From a virus: 38,241 bases of DNA. The notes under the pieces were generated by a model that was not told the origin of the DNA, searched no databases, and saw nothing but the letters and a program-made list of their open reading frames with translations. The first letter of the stretch is position 1. Every line of letters starts with the position of its first letter. The translations under genes were made by a program, and so were the position numbers. Shown here in pieces: positions 23,729-33,900 of the stretch. Location of the stretch: positions 1 to 38,241 of IMG/VR virus record IMGVR_UViG_3300030397_000021; one strand, given 5' to 3'.

Positions 23729-25102
23729 ATGCAAAGAGAGATACCGCTTGCTGCAAATACTTCAGAGCAGGATATATCAGGCAATGAATTGTTGGTTAAC
23801 GTGTACCCTAGAAAGTCGGATGGTGGTAAGTACCCTTTCACACTAATGAACACGCCAGGGCTCGCATTCTTTTGCGAGCTACCCACGTTCCCTGTGCTTG
23901 GTCTTCACAACAATAAAGGTCGAGTATTCGCTGTTACACCTTCAAAAATGTACGAGGTATTTAAGAACGGAACATTTAAAGAGCTGGGTGATGTTGACCT
24001 TAATGGTCGCGTTGTCATGGAGGATAACGGAGTTCAGGTGGTAGTGGTTGATGGTTTCAAAGGTTTTTATTATGACGCTAACACCAATAAGGTTGAGCAG
24101 ATAACGAGCGAAGCATTCTATCCAGCCTCAACAGTAACTTATCAAGATGGTTATTTCTTGTTTGACAGAAAAGGGACTGGGCAATTTTTTATTTCTGAAT
24201 TGCTTGATGTTGCATTTGATCCGTTAGACTTTGCATCCGCTGAAGGTCAGCCTGATAACCTGATAGCAATACTCAGCGATCACCGTGAAATATTCCTGTT
24301 CGGTACTGAAACAATTGAGGTTTGGTATAACTCAGGTGCTTCAGACTTTCCATTTGAACGAAACCAAGGGGCGTTTGTTGAGAAAGGTTGCGGCGCTCGT
24401 TACTCAGTTGCCAAGCAAAACAATACTGTTTACTTCATAGGTTCCGACTTGATGGTTTATCAAATGACTGGCTACACACCAGTAAGGATAAGCACTCACG
24501 CAGTTGAGAAAACTCTAAAGGATGTAGACCTAAGCGATGCGTTTGCCTACACGTATCAGGATGAAGGTCATTTATTTTACGTGCTAACCATACCAAGCCG
24601 AGATATTACCTGGTGTTATGACATTTCAACCGGTGCTTGGCATATTAGGCAGTCATATCAGTTTGGTCGCCACCAGTCTAACAATGCGATCTTCTTTGAT
24701 TCAAAAACGCTAGTAGGTGATTTCCAGAACGGTAGAATCTATCAAATGGCTGGCAACTTCTATACTGATGACGGTGAGCCAGTTATTCGTGAGTTTGTGT
24801 TGCCTACCGTTAATAATGGTCGAGAGTTCTTAACGGTTGATAGCTTAGAGTTTGATATGGGCACTGGTGTTGGGCTTATTCGTGGGCAAGGTGATGATCC
24901 AGAGCTTAGAGTGTACTTCTCAAAGGATTCAGGGAAGACATACAGCGAAAGCTTTAAGCGTGGCCGCATTGGTAAGGTTGGTGAGTATCTAACAAGGGCC
25001 AAGGTTAACCGCTTTGGTGCTGCCAGGCAGTTTACATTTAAGGTTGAAATATCAGATCCTATACCGATTGATATTGGTGGGGCGTGGGTTGAGGTTCGCT
25101 AA
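23729..25102 (+). CDS. Tail hub / DNA stabilisation protein (P22 gp10-like)
   Basis: 457 aa. FFISELLDVAFDPLDFASAEGQPDNLIAILSDHREIFLFGTETIEVWYNSGA parallels P22 gp10 WFITDLEDESHPDRYSAQYRAESQPDGIIGIG...STIEYFSLTGA. The ATG lies 1 nt after the upstream stop. Confidence 0.7.
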   Translation: MQREIPLAANTSEQDISGNELLVNVYPRKSDGGKYPFTLMNTPGLAFFCELPTFPVLGLHNNKGRVFAVTPSKMYEVFKNGTFKELGDVDLNGRVVMEDNGVQVVVVDGFKGFYYDANTNKVEQITSEAFYPASTVTYQDGYFLFDRKGTGQFFISELLDVAFDPLDFASAEGQPDNLIAILSDHREIFLFGTETIEVWYNSGASDFPFERNQGAFVEKGCGARYSVAKQNNTVYFIGSDLMVYQMTGYTPVRISTHAVEKTLKDVDLSDAFAYTYQDEGHLFYVLTIPSRDITWCYDISTGAWHIRQSYQFGRHQSNNAIFFDSKTLVGDFQNGRIYQMAGNFYTDDGEPVIREFVLPTVNNGREFLTVDSLEFDMGTGVGLIRGQGDDPELRVYFSKDSGKTYSESFKRGRIGKVGEYLTRAKVNRFGAARQFTFKVEISDPIPIDIGGAWVEVR

Positions 25103-25806
25103 TGGCTGATAATAAAACTGAAAACCTGGTATCCAAGCCGCCTCTTCAAGTGAAGATAATCGACCAGAACGGTTTTCTATCTAGAGCATGGGCGGTGTGG
25201 TTTAGAGATCTTTTTCGCCGCGTAGCTTACAAGGGAGGAAACTCAATTGATGACAACATCAAAGATATTGACGATCTTGTTAAAGCTGTTGAAGAAAATA
25301 TAATTGCCATTGCAGCAAACAAAGAAGCAATTGAAGCTAACGCTTTAGCTATCGCTCAGAATGCTGAAGATATAGCGGCAAACACAGAAGCTATCGTTCA
25401 AAATACTTTAGCTATCGCACAGAACGCAGTAAACATAGCAGCTAACGCGCAAGCAATAGTTTTACTTGCCAATAGTCTTGATACTCACATAAACGCAAGC
25501 CAAGCTCATAATTCAAATGGTGATATAGTTGGATTTAATGATCTTGCTGATGAATCAACCGTTGGCCTAGTCAAAAGAATGGCATCAATAGCTGACGCAG
25601 CAGAGACAACTGTTAATATCACAACTTCAGATATTGGCGCAGCTCCGGCAGCTTACGACCAGATCTATACTCAGTCAGTAACCGATTTAACGAACGAAAA
25701 CAAAGCGGCAATAAATCAACTGGCTTCAGACCTTAACGATGCTATTGCGGTTCTTAATAACTTACTGGCAGAAAGCAAGTCTTCAGGCCAGATGACAACA
25801 CCATAG
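25102..25806 (+). CDS. Trimeric coiled-coil tail needle/plug-like protein (P22 gp26 position and size)
   Basis: 234 aa. 11-residue repeats IAANKEAIEAN/ALAIAQNAEDI/AANTEAIVQNT/LAIAQNAVNIA. Conserved-looking N-terminus FLSRAWAVWFRDLFRRV. Confidence 0.6.
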   Translation: MADNKTENLVSKPPLQVKIIDQNGFLSRAWAVWFRDLFRRVAYKGGNSIDDNIKDIDDLVKAVEENIIAIAANKEAIEANALAIAQNAEDIAANTEAIVQNTLAIAQNAVNIAANAQAIVLLANSLDTHINASQAHNSNGDIVGFNDLADESTVGLVKRMASIADAAETTVNITTSDIGAAPAAYDQIYTQSVTDLTNENKAAINQLASDLNDAIAVLNNLLAESKSSGQMTTP

Positions 25807-25813
25807 GGATAAC

Positions 25814-26374
25814 ATGAACGAGACAAATACAAAGCTAGAAGAATCGCGCTCACTGGCAATTGTTGCGGCTGTATCTTCAATTGATATTACTGAACGGCGT
25901 GGAAAGATTAACGCACTTGAACAGGCCATGCTTCAGGAAGAGCAAGTTCCTATTGATGTTAACCACCGATTTAATGGTGGTATATATGCGCGTGAAATCA
26001 CCATTCCTAAAGGCACCTTACTAACTGGCCGCATCCATAAGTTTGATCACTTTGATATTATGCTTAGTGGTGACATTTCCGTTTCTACAGATACAGGAGA
26101 AGTTAAGCGCCTTACTGGTTTAAATATCATGGAGGGCAAAGCTGGCAAGAAGCGAGCAGGGTACGCGCACGAAGATACACACTGGATCACGTTCCACTGT
26201 TCTGAGGAGCGTAACCCTGAAGAAATGTATGAGTTCCTAACTTGCGGCTCATTTGAAGAGCTGGAAGAGTTTAATTATTTACTTGATCAAGCAATGAAGC
26301 AAATTGAGCATGATGAGGCTGTATTAACAGAATGCGCTAAAGCTATCGTTGATAAGGGGGATTTATGTCAGTAG
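25814..26374 (+). CDS. Hypothetical virion-module protein (P22 gp14 slot), possibly a beta-barrel
   Basis: 186-aa ORF with AGGGA SD. No catalytic motif recognised. Confidence 0.55.
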   Translation: MNETNTKLEESRSLAIVAAVSSIDITERRGKINALEQAMLQEEQVPIDVNHRFNGGIYAREITIPKGTLLTGRIHKFDHFDIMLSGDISVSTDTGEVKRLTGLNIMEGKAGKKRAGYAHEDTHWITFHCSEERNPEEMYEFLTCGSFEELEEFNYLLDQAMKQIEHDEAVLTECAKAIVDKGDLCQ

Positions 26375-27051
26375 TTGCGGCGGCTATTGTTGGATCTGCT
26401 GTTGTTGGTGGGGTTGCTTCAAGTAAATCAGCGAAAGCACAAAGCCAATCAGCACAGCAAGGTATGGAGGCTGAAGAGCGCATCGCGGCAGAAAACAGAG
26501 AGCTTCAGCGCGAGCTTGCAGGGCAACAACGTGAAGATTTTGCACCTTGGCGAGATATTGGCGAGCAAGCTTTAAATCAAATTTGGTCTGGCATTAAGTC
26601 TGGTGCTTTTGAAGTCGGCGACATTGATGTAACTAAAGATCCTGGCTATCAGTTTAGAATGGACCAGGGAGTTGAGGCGCTAGATAAATCGGCGGCGGCT
26701 CGTGGTCGTTTGTTGAGTGGTGCTCAGCAAAAAGGTGTAACGGATTACTCTCAGAATGTAGCAAGCCAAGAATACGCTAACGCCTACGCGCGTGAAGCTA
26801 ACGAGAAAGCAAGGAAGTTTAATATTCTTTCTGGATTATCTTCTGGTGGTCAAGCTTCTGCTGCTGGACAGGCACAGGCAACAAGCAATCTTGCTCAAAC
26901 TGAAGGAAACATCCTTTCTAATCTTGGTAAAAGTCAGGCATACGGCTACCAACAGCAAGGTCAGGCTAGAGCCGGAGCTTATCAAGGCATGGCGCAAACA
27001 GGGAACCAGGCGGCACAAAACTGGTTAATGTATAAATCACTGGGGGCTTAG
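26365..27051 (+). CDS. Putative ejection/internal virion protein (P22 gp7 slot)
   Basis: 228 aa. N-terminal hydrophobic segment VVAAAIVGSAVVGGVASS, and a Q/G/A-rich C-terminus. Confidence 0.5.
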   Translation: MSVVAAAIVGSAVVGGVASSKSAKAQSQSAQQGMEAEERIAAENRELQRELAGQQREDFAPWRDIGEQALNQIWSGIKSGAFEVGDIDVTKDPGYQFRMDQGVEALDKSAAARGRLLSGAQQKGVTDYSQNVASQEYANAYAREANEKARKFNILSGLSSGGQASAAGQAQATSNLAQTEGNILSNLGKSQAYGYQQQGQARAGAYQGMAQTGNQAAQNWLMYKSLGA

Positions 27052-27053
27052 TA

Positions 27054-27926
27054 ATGGCAGCAAATCAATATGGTATCGACTTAGGTGAGATATACCGAAC
27101 AACCGAAGCGGTTAAAGGTGCTCGCACTCAAAACCGATTATCACAACTACAACTTGATGAGACTGAGCGAGAAATTGCAGAGCGACCAGCTAAAGAGGCG
27201 GCAGCATTAGAGCGTAAAAACTTGCTATCTGGATTGCGTCAAAAAGCGGTTGGCGGTGATGTTAGTGCTCAACAGCAATTATTAGCATTAGATCCTGAAG
27301 GTGGCGCTACGTTTATTGATGCAGTTACCAAGATGGATGAGCGAAAGATTAAAGCAACTCAGCGATCAGTTGATGAAATGGGCCAGCTTGCCGGGTATGT
27401 GCTTCAAGGTAAAACACCTGAAGAACAGGCTCGCCGTTATCAGCTAATGTATCAAGGCGTTTCTCCTGAAGTGCAATCAAAGCTACCAGAGCAATACGAT
27501 CCGCAATTCATGGAGCTGTCACTATCTAAAGCAATGGCAATGGATAAGCTACTTGAAAACCCTAAAGCTATTCAAGTCGGCGGTGAAGACGTTGTTTATA
27601 AGGCTGGTCGTGAGGTCGAGCGCAAGACTCGCCCAGTTAAAACTTCTGATTCTGATGGTGGAGGCGTTAAGTCGGCTGATGAAAGCTTGATGTATCGCCA
27701 GTCAGTAGAATTGCTTGGTGGATTGTTCGATCAGGCTGGTAATATTACAAATCTTGATCCAACCGTTAGGAATAAGGTCCAGGGCATTGCTACCGAAGCA
27801 ACTAAGATTTTCCGTGAAGGTGGCGTGACTCGTTCACAAGCTGTAAAGCAAGCCGCTCAAATGTTTGGGCTTGAAGTTCCTGACGCTGGTAGTACAGTTG
27901 ATAATGACCCTTTAGGTATTCGATGA
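27054..27926 (+). CDS. Putative ejection/internal virion protein (P22 gp20 slot)
   Basis: 290-aa ORF. The function is inferred from synteny only. Confidence 0.45.
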   Translation: MAANQYGIDLGEIYRTTEAVKGARTQNRLSQLQLDETEREIAERPAKEAAALERKNLLSGLRQKAVGGDVSAQQQLLALDPEGGATFIDAVTKMDERKIKATQRSVDEMGQLAGYVLQGKTPEEQARRYQLMYQGVSPEVQSKLPEQYDPQFMELSLSKAMAMDKLLENPKAIQVGGEDVVYKAGREVERKTRPVKTSDSDGGGVKSADESLMYRQSVELLGGLFDQAGNITNLDPTVRNKVQGIATEATKIFREGGVTRSQAVKQAAQMFGLEVPDAGSTVDNDPLGIR

Positions 27927-27968
27927 TAAACGAGCCCTTTAATTAGGGCTTAATACAGGAGAGCCGCC

Positions 27969-30900
27969 GTGAGCGAGTTCATAAAAAGCTTCAGAGAACA
28001 AAATCCTCAATACAATGACATGGCTGATGATCAGCTAGTCACTGCGCTTCACAATAAATACTATTCAGATATTCCAGTCGAAGAGTTTAATCAAAAAATA
28101 GGCTTTCAAGTCGCACCTATCGAGCCGGTTGTTAACGAACCAGTAGCAGATCAAGGTCCTGGACTAATCGCGCAGCCAAGACCGCAAGATCCAGTTAAAC
28201 CTATGTCTGGTTACGGCGCTTCTTCAGACATCCCAATCCAACAACAGGAGCCAATTCCACAGCAACAACCTGTTGACGGCTTCACTGGTGCAGCAATGAA
28301 GGCACCTGAAGAACAAAGCATGTTAGAGCTTGTAGGCTCTAAGCTTTCTGAAATAGGTGGTGGCATTGTTTCAGGCTTTGAGGGCGCACTTCCACAAGCT
28401 AAGCTTCAAGTTGCTGGTATGCTTCAGCAAGGTGAGGTGATGACACCGGAGCAGTTTGAGCAAGAAAAAGACTCTCTTGGTATGCGAATGTTTAATGGTG
28501 ACTATGATAACTATGTCAATTTCTCCAGAGCAAACAAACCGCTTTCAACCTGGCTGGCTGATAAGGGTAAAGAGATCAGCCAAGAAACCAGGGCGGAAAT
28601 GAAACCAAGTGAGTTTGAAAAGGGCTCACCTGGTTACTATTCAGAGGCGATCACTGGCTCAGTTATTAATATGCTTCCGGCATTAGGTGTTTCTTTGGTT
28701 GGTCGCCGCCCTGACATTGGACTTGGGTTGATGTTAGCACAGGCAAAGGGTGGTGCTTATGAGTCAGGCCGCCTTGAAGGTTTAACGCCACAGCAAGCAG
28801 ATAAATATTCAACTCTTATTGCTGCTGCTGAGGCTATTCCTTCAGCCATTCCAGTTATAACACTGCTAAAGCCTACCGGGAAAGTTTTAACAGACTTAGC
28901 GAAAGCTGGCGTTACTGAAGGCGGTCAAGAGGCTGTCACTCAAGCGCTGCAGGCTGGCATTGATAAAGGCTACATTAAGCCAGATATGACACTGGCCGAA
29001 GCATTAGATCGAATGGTTGAAGGTGCGATTATTGGCGCTGGCGCTGGTACTACTATGTCACTGGCAACTGGGCCAGTAGCAGAACGCATGAATAAGCGAG
29101 ATCAAGAAAAGCTTATCGAAACCCAAATCGAAAGTGAGTTTGATGCTTTGCTTCCCGATGCTGAAAAGGCAGCCATTCAAGCGCTATCACCTGAGCAAGC
29201 CCAAATTCAACAAGAGAATAAACCACAGCAAAAACAAGAGCTTAAATCAAAAGAGCCACAAGCGAAACCTGAGCCAGTTAAACCAGTTGCAAAACAAGAG
29301 TTTGAAATTGACAAGGCTCAAACTACTGAACAAGAGCCTGTTGAGCTTGAGACACCTAAAGAGAAGCCAGTTAAACAACAAATCGTTGGCAAGGAAGTTG
29401 TTGAAGCACCGATTGAAGAAATAACTATTAGTGAAGACGTTCCTCAATTCAAAGAAGGCGCTAACGTTAAAGGTGTTGTTGAACCATTGGGCGGTAAGTT
29501 TGAAAGAACTGGCGTTGCTCCTATTCAAATATGGGTCCGTGAAGATGGTCGCAAAGAAGTGATCAGCGGCCGCCACCGTTTAGACTTAGCTGAACGTAGT
29601 GGAGAAAAAACAATCCCGGCTCAATATCATTATGAGTCTGAAGGTTTCGGAGCAGATCAGGCGGCTGTGCTTGATGCCATGCTTAACATTCGTGAAGGTC
29701 AAGGTAAGGTAAAAGATTATGTCGATTTCATCAAAGCAACAAAACCAAGAAAAGCGGAAGCAGAGTCACAAGGAATACTGGCAAGGCAGACGGGCAAACG
29801 GGCTTTCACAATCGCAACTGAAGGAAGTGATGCGCTCATTACCAGCCACCGAAACGATCAGCTAACTGATGAGGCAGCAACTCGCATAGCAGAAGCGGCA
29901 CCACGCAACGAGAAACTTCAATCCGTTGGTATTAAGGCTATTCAAGACGGTAAATCTATTGCTGTTGCTGAGAATATGGTTAAAGCCGTTAAAACCATGA
30001 CAGACGAAACAGCGCAGCAAAGCGGTGATCTGTTTGGGTTCGATGATTCTGCTATGATAGAAGCTGAAAACCTGGCGAAAGCGGCAGTTAAGAAGCAAAA
30101 CGAAATCCAAAAAACTTTGTCGGCGGTACAGGGCGCAGCTAAGAGACCAGAGCTAGCCGCTAAAGAAGGCGTTGACGTTAAAAACCCTGAAGCTATCAAG
30201 GCCCGTATTGCTGAGCTTAAAGAGCAAAAGAGTGATTGGCAAAACTGGCACACTAACCCTAAGTTAACCAAAGAGCTTAAAGCTCAACCTGAAAGGGCGG
30301 TAACTGATGAGAAGCCAGCGATCACGGAAGAAGTTGAAGCACCAACACCAGAGCCAGCGGCGCAACCTTTACCTAAAGAGAAAGATACCTTTACCAACTG
30401 GAACGCTAAGGATAGTGAAGGCGGTCCGGCTGAACAGTCATTCACTCGCGGCGAATACGCCAAGGCAATAAATAGCGATAGCAAAGGCACCTTTTTTGAC
30501 GGTGGTGAAATTGAAGGTATCTCTCAAGCTAAGCAGCAAGCCAAGATTAATGGCGTTTGGCATGACTTTGGTTCTATCGTTAAAGCTGATAAGCCTGATC
30601 CCGTTAAAAAGCCAACTAAGCCAATGTCTGAAGTTGTCGAGTCTGTTAGCAAGAAGAAAGGCAAAGGTTTAACTGATGCTGATAAAGTGCCAGCACCTAA
30701 AGCTGATTACGCCGCCGAGCCAGCACAAGCTTATCGATCTTTCATGGAATCGGTAGCCAATCAAACCGCTACTGTTGCCGAAATTAAAGCTGATGCTGAA
30801 AGTCTGGTTAAAAACAAAGACGCTATCATTGCCAAGATGAGTGATCGAAAGTTCACCAAGGCAATGCTTCAGCAAATAACCCACTCGCCACGCACTGATC

Positions 30901-33900
30901 TCAAAAAGCCTCAAATGGTTAATAGTGCGTATGAGTCAATGCTTGCGGCTCACGTTATGGGTGATGCTACGTTTACCATCTTCGGAGGTTCTAAAACCTA
31001 CGAACAGCAAATGATGGAGAAGATTAACAAGCAGACTCAAGCCGATGTTGACGCAGCTTACGAGAAGCAACGTGAATACCGCGCTCAAATGAAGCAACGT
31101 AAAGACGAGTTTGTTAAATCACTATCTAACCCAGAAACCTTGCCAGAGTTTAAAGAGTTTATCCGTGTTCGCGGTAAAGACAAAATGAGCACTGAACAAC
31201 TGGCCGCTTATGACGAGCTTGTTGCTGAATCAATGGCAGAAGTTAAGCCTGAAGTTGTCAAAGCTGAAACTGAAGCCGTAACCACTGAGCGAGCTCAAAC
31301 CAAGCACACTAAAACAGGTGCGGATCTGTTTGTAGTTAAAATGGTTGGCCGTGTGCCTAAAGAACAATTCAGAGAGATAAGCGGAAAGGCTAAGCAGCTA
31401 GGCGGCTATTACTCTTCTTACTCAAAAGGTGACGCGATACCAGGCTTTCAATTTAAAACGATTGAAGCAGCTGATCAGTTTGAGCAGTTACTATCTGGCA
31501 AAGATGTGGATAAAAGCGACTTTGCGGAAGCCAAGGCTGAAGTGAAGCAGTCAAAGAAAGCTGACAAGCTTCTAGATATGGCTGAAAAGATGGAAGCCAA
31601 GGCCACAGAAGAGATTAGCAGGCCAAGACAGGCAAATACAGCAAGACGCGCTTCAATGGCTGCTAACGCCACTGAGAGAGCTGAGAAGCAACTAGCTTTA
31701 GCTAAGACGATTCGCAATATCGCCGTTAAGCTTCAGGAAGGTGAAGTTAAACACCTGGGCCAAATGAGCCAGGTTACACAGCTTGAAGAACTGATCACCA
31801 TTCAAAGACGCGCAATACCTAATGATTTGTATGAACAAGGCTCGTTTGATGGTTACTCAATTAGCCGGCCACTTAAAGAAGGCGTGACGGTTGACGACTA
31901 CATTAACCGTGTTGACTTCCCTGGTATCGAGCTTGATAGCGGAATCATTGAGCGCGTAGCCGATACATTAAAAGGTAAGCGTGGCTATGCTCGCCTATCT
32001 GCTGAGCTTCGCAAGTTGCCAAAAGGTAAGCGTGATTCACTTCGTAAGCTTACAAAAGAGCAAGGCGACAAGATCATGGCGGCCAATAAAGCCGGACTTC
32101 TTGAAGCTTATTCTCTTAGCTGGCTACCGGATCAGGTCGCAACATTAAACCGATTAGGCAAGTTGGGGATCTCAACTGGCGAGCAGTTACGCGCAGCTAT
32201 TCGTGAACTTGATTCTCTTCGAGTAGCTAAACGACAAGAAGACCCAGTTAAAAAGCTTGAGCGTGATTTAGTTGGTAAGAAGATTGAAGGCTTCTTTCCT
32301 ACGCCTACGCCATTGGTTGATCAGATGATTGACTATGCAGACATTAAACCAGGGCATGAGGTTTTAGAGCCTTCCGCTGGTAAGGGTAACATTGCAGATC
32401 AGATCATGGTTTCCGCGCCGGATGCCTCGCTTGATGTTGTTGAGTACAACACTTCGCTTGCTTCATTGCTTGAGGTAAAAGGCTATAACGTTGTTGGTAA
32501 TGACTTCCTTGAATACTCCGGCAAGCAGTATGACCGCATCGTGATGAATCCACCGTTTGAAAACTTCCAGGACATTGACCATGTTAAACATGCTTATGAC
32601 CTGTTAAAGCCCGGTGGAAAGCTTGTGGCTATCATGGGGGCTGGTGTGAAGAACTCGCGCAAGAAGGCGGTTGAGTTCCGTAAGTGGCTTGATGATGCTG
32701 GCAGTTATATTGAAGACTTGCCTGAAGGAAGCTTTAAAGGTTCAGAGCGTTCGACTGGCGTTAACACTGTAATGGTGACGATTGAGAAAAACGACACTAA
32801 CACGCTTAACTACAAGAAGGATGACAGCAAAGTTTCACCTACACCGAAAGATGGTGAGCGTGTATTTCATGCGCCTGGTCATAACTTCATTGGTACACAT
32901 AGATCTCTTGGGTATCCACCAAGGCATGAGATTGTAACCATTGAAGGCCGTAAGGTTAAGATCCCTGAGAAGCCTCAGCGCATTGAGCCGATAATGAGCA
33001 AGCTGATTAAGATAACTGGCCGCCGTATTTACTTTGGGAAAATCAAAGGTAAGTCTACTGAAGGTTTCTATCGTCCTAACGTTGGTGAGATCAGAACGCG
33101 CAGCAAGAATGACGTTGAAGTATTGGCGCACGAAATGGCCCACTACCTTGATGTGTATTCAAACATCACTCTACCTAACTTCCAGAAGCTTTACAAAGAT
33201 CCGAAGTATTCTAGTGAAGTGTCCGCGCTTAGCTATACCGATGCTGATCCGAAGATTGAAAAAATTGAAGGGTTCGCTGAGTTTGTGCGCCTATGGCTAA
33301 CGAATGCCAATGAAGCACAATTGAGAGCGCCTAAGTTCTACGATGCGTTTACCAACGAGTTAGCGCGTGATCGTAAGCTGCTTAATCCTATGCGTGATAT
33401 GCAGGACCTAATGCACAAGTTCTACTTTCAGGGTCCGGATAAGTTAGGCCAAGCGTTAATTGGTCAAGATGTTTCATTCAAGCAGCGCTTTAACGAATGG
33501 GCTTATCGCCGTGACTCGCGCATTCGTCAGCAAGTTATTGATCGATTTCATGCTGCAAGAAAGATTGAGCAAGAGTTAACCCGTAAAATCGGAACCGTTG
33601 AAGAGTCAGCATGGAAGCAATTCAGAATTGCCAATGGTGGCGCGGAAGGTATATCTGATTACATTCTTAACTATGGCACCGTTCAGTTTGACGAAAAAGG
33701 CGACCTTAAACGTAGCGGTAAAAGCTTACATGAGGTGATGGAGCCAGTTAAAACAATCAAGCTAAAGCCTGAGCATGAAGGCGAACAGAAGATTGATTTA
33801 CTAATGCGTTACTTTGCTGGTCGCCGAGCGTTAGAGCTTCACCGCCAGAAGCGTGAAAACCTGATCCCTAAGGAAACCGCTAAGGAATGGGCTCGACTTG

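Noticed and set aside
29134-29576. ORFs on both strands inside the giant gene (96 and 109 aa), and similar ones at 29862-30914 and 31475-35851
   Set aside because: They are embedded in a continuous 8.2-kb reading frame with clear domain motifs. Their products are low-complexity, and they have no translation signals.
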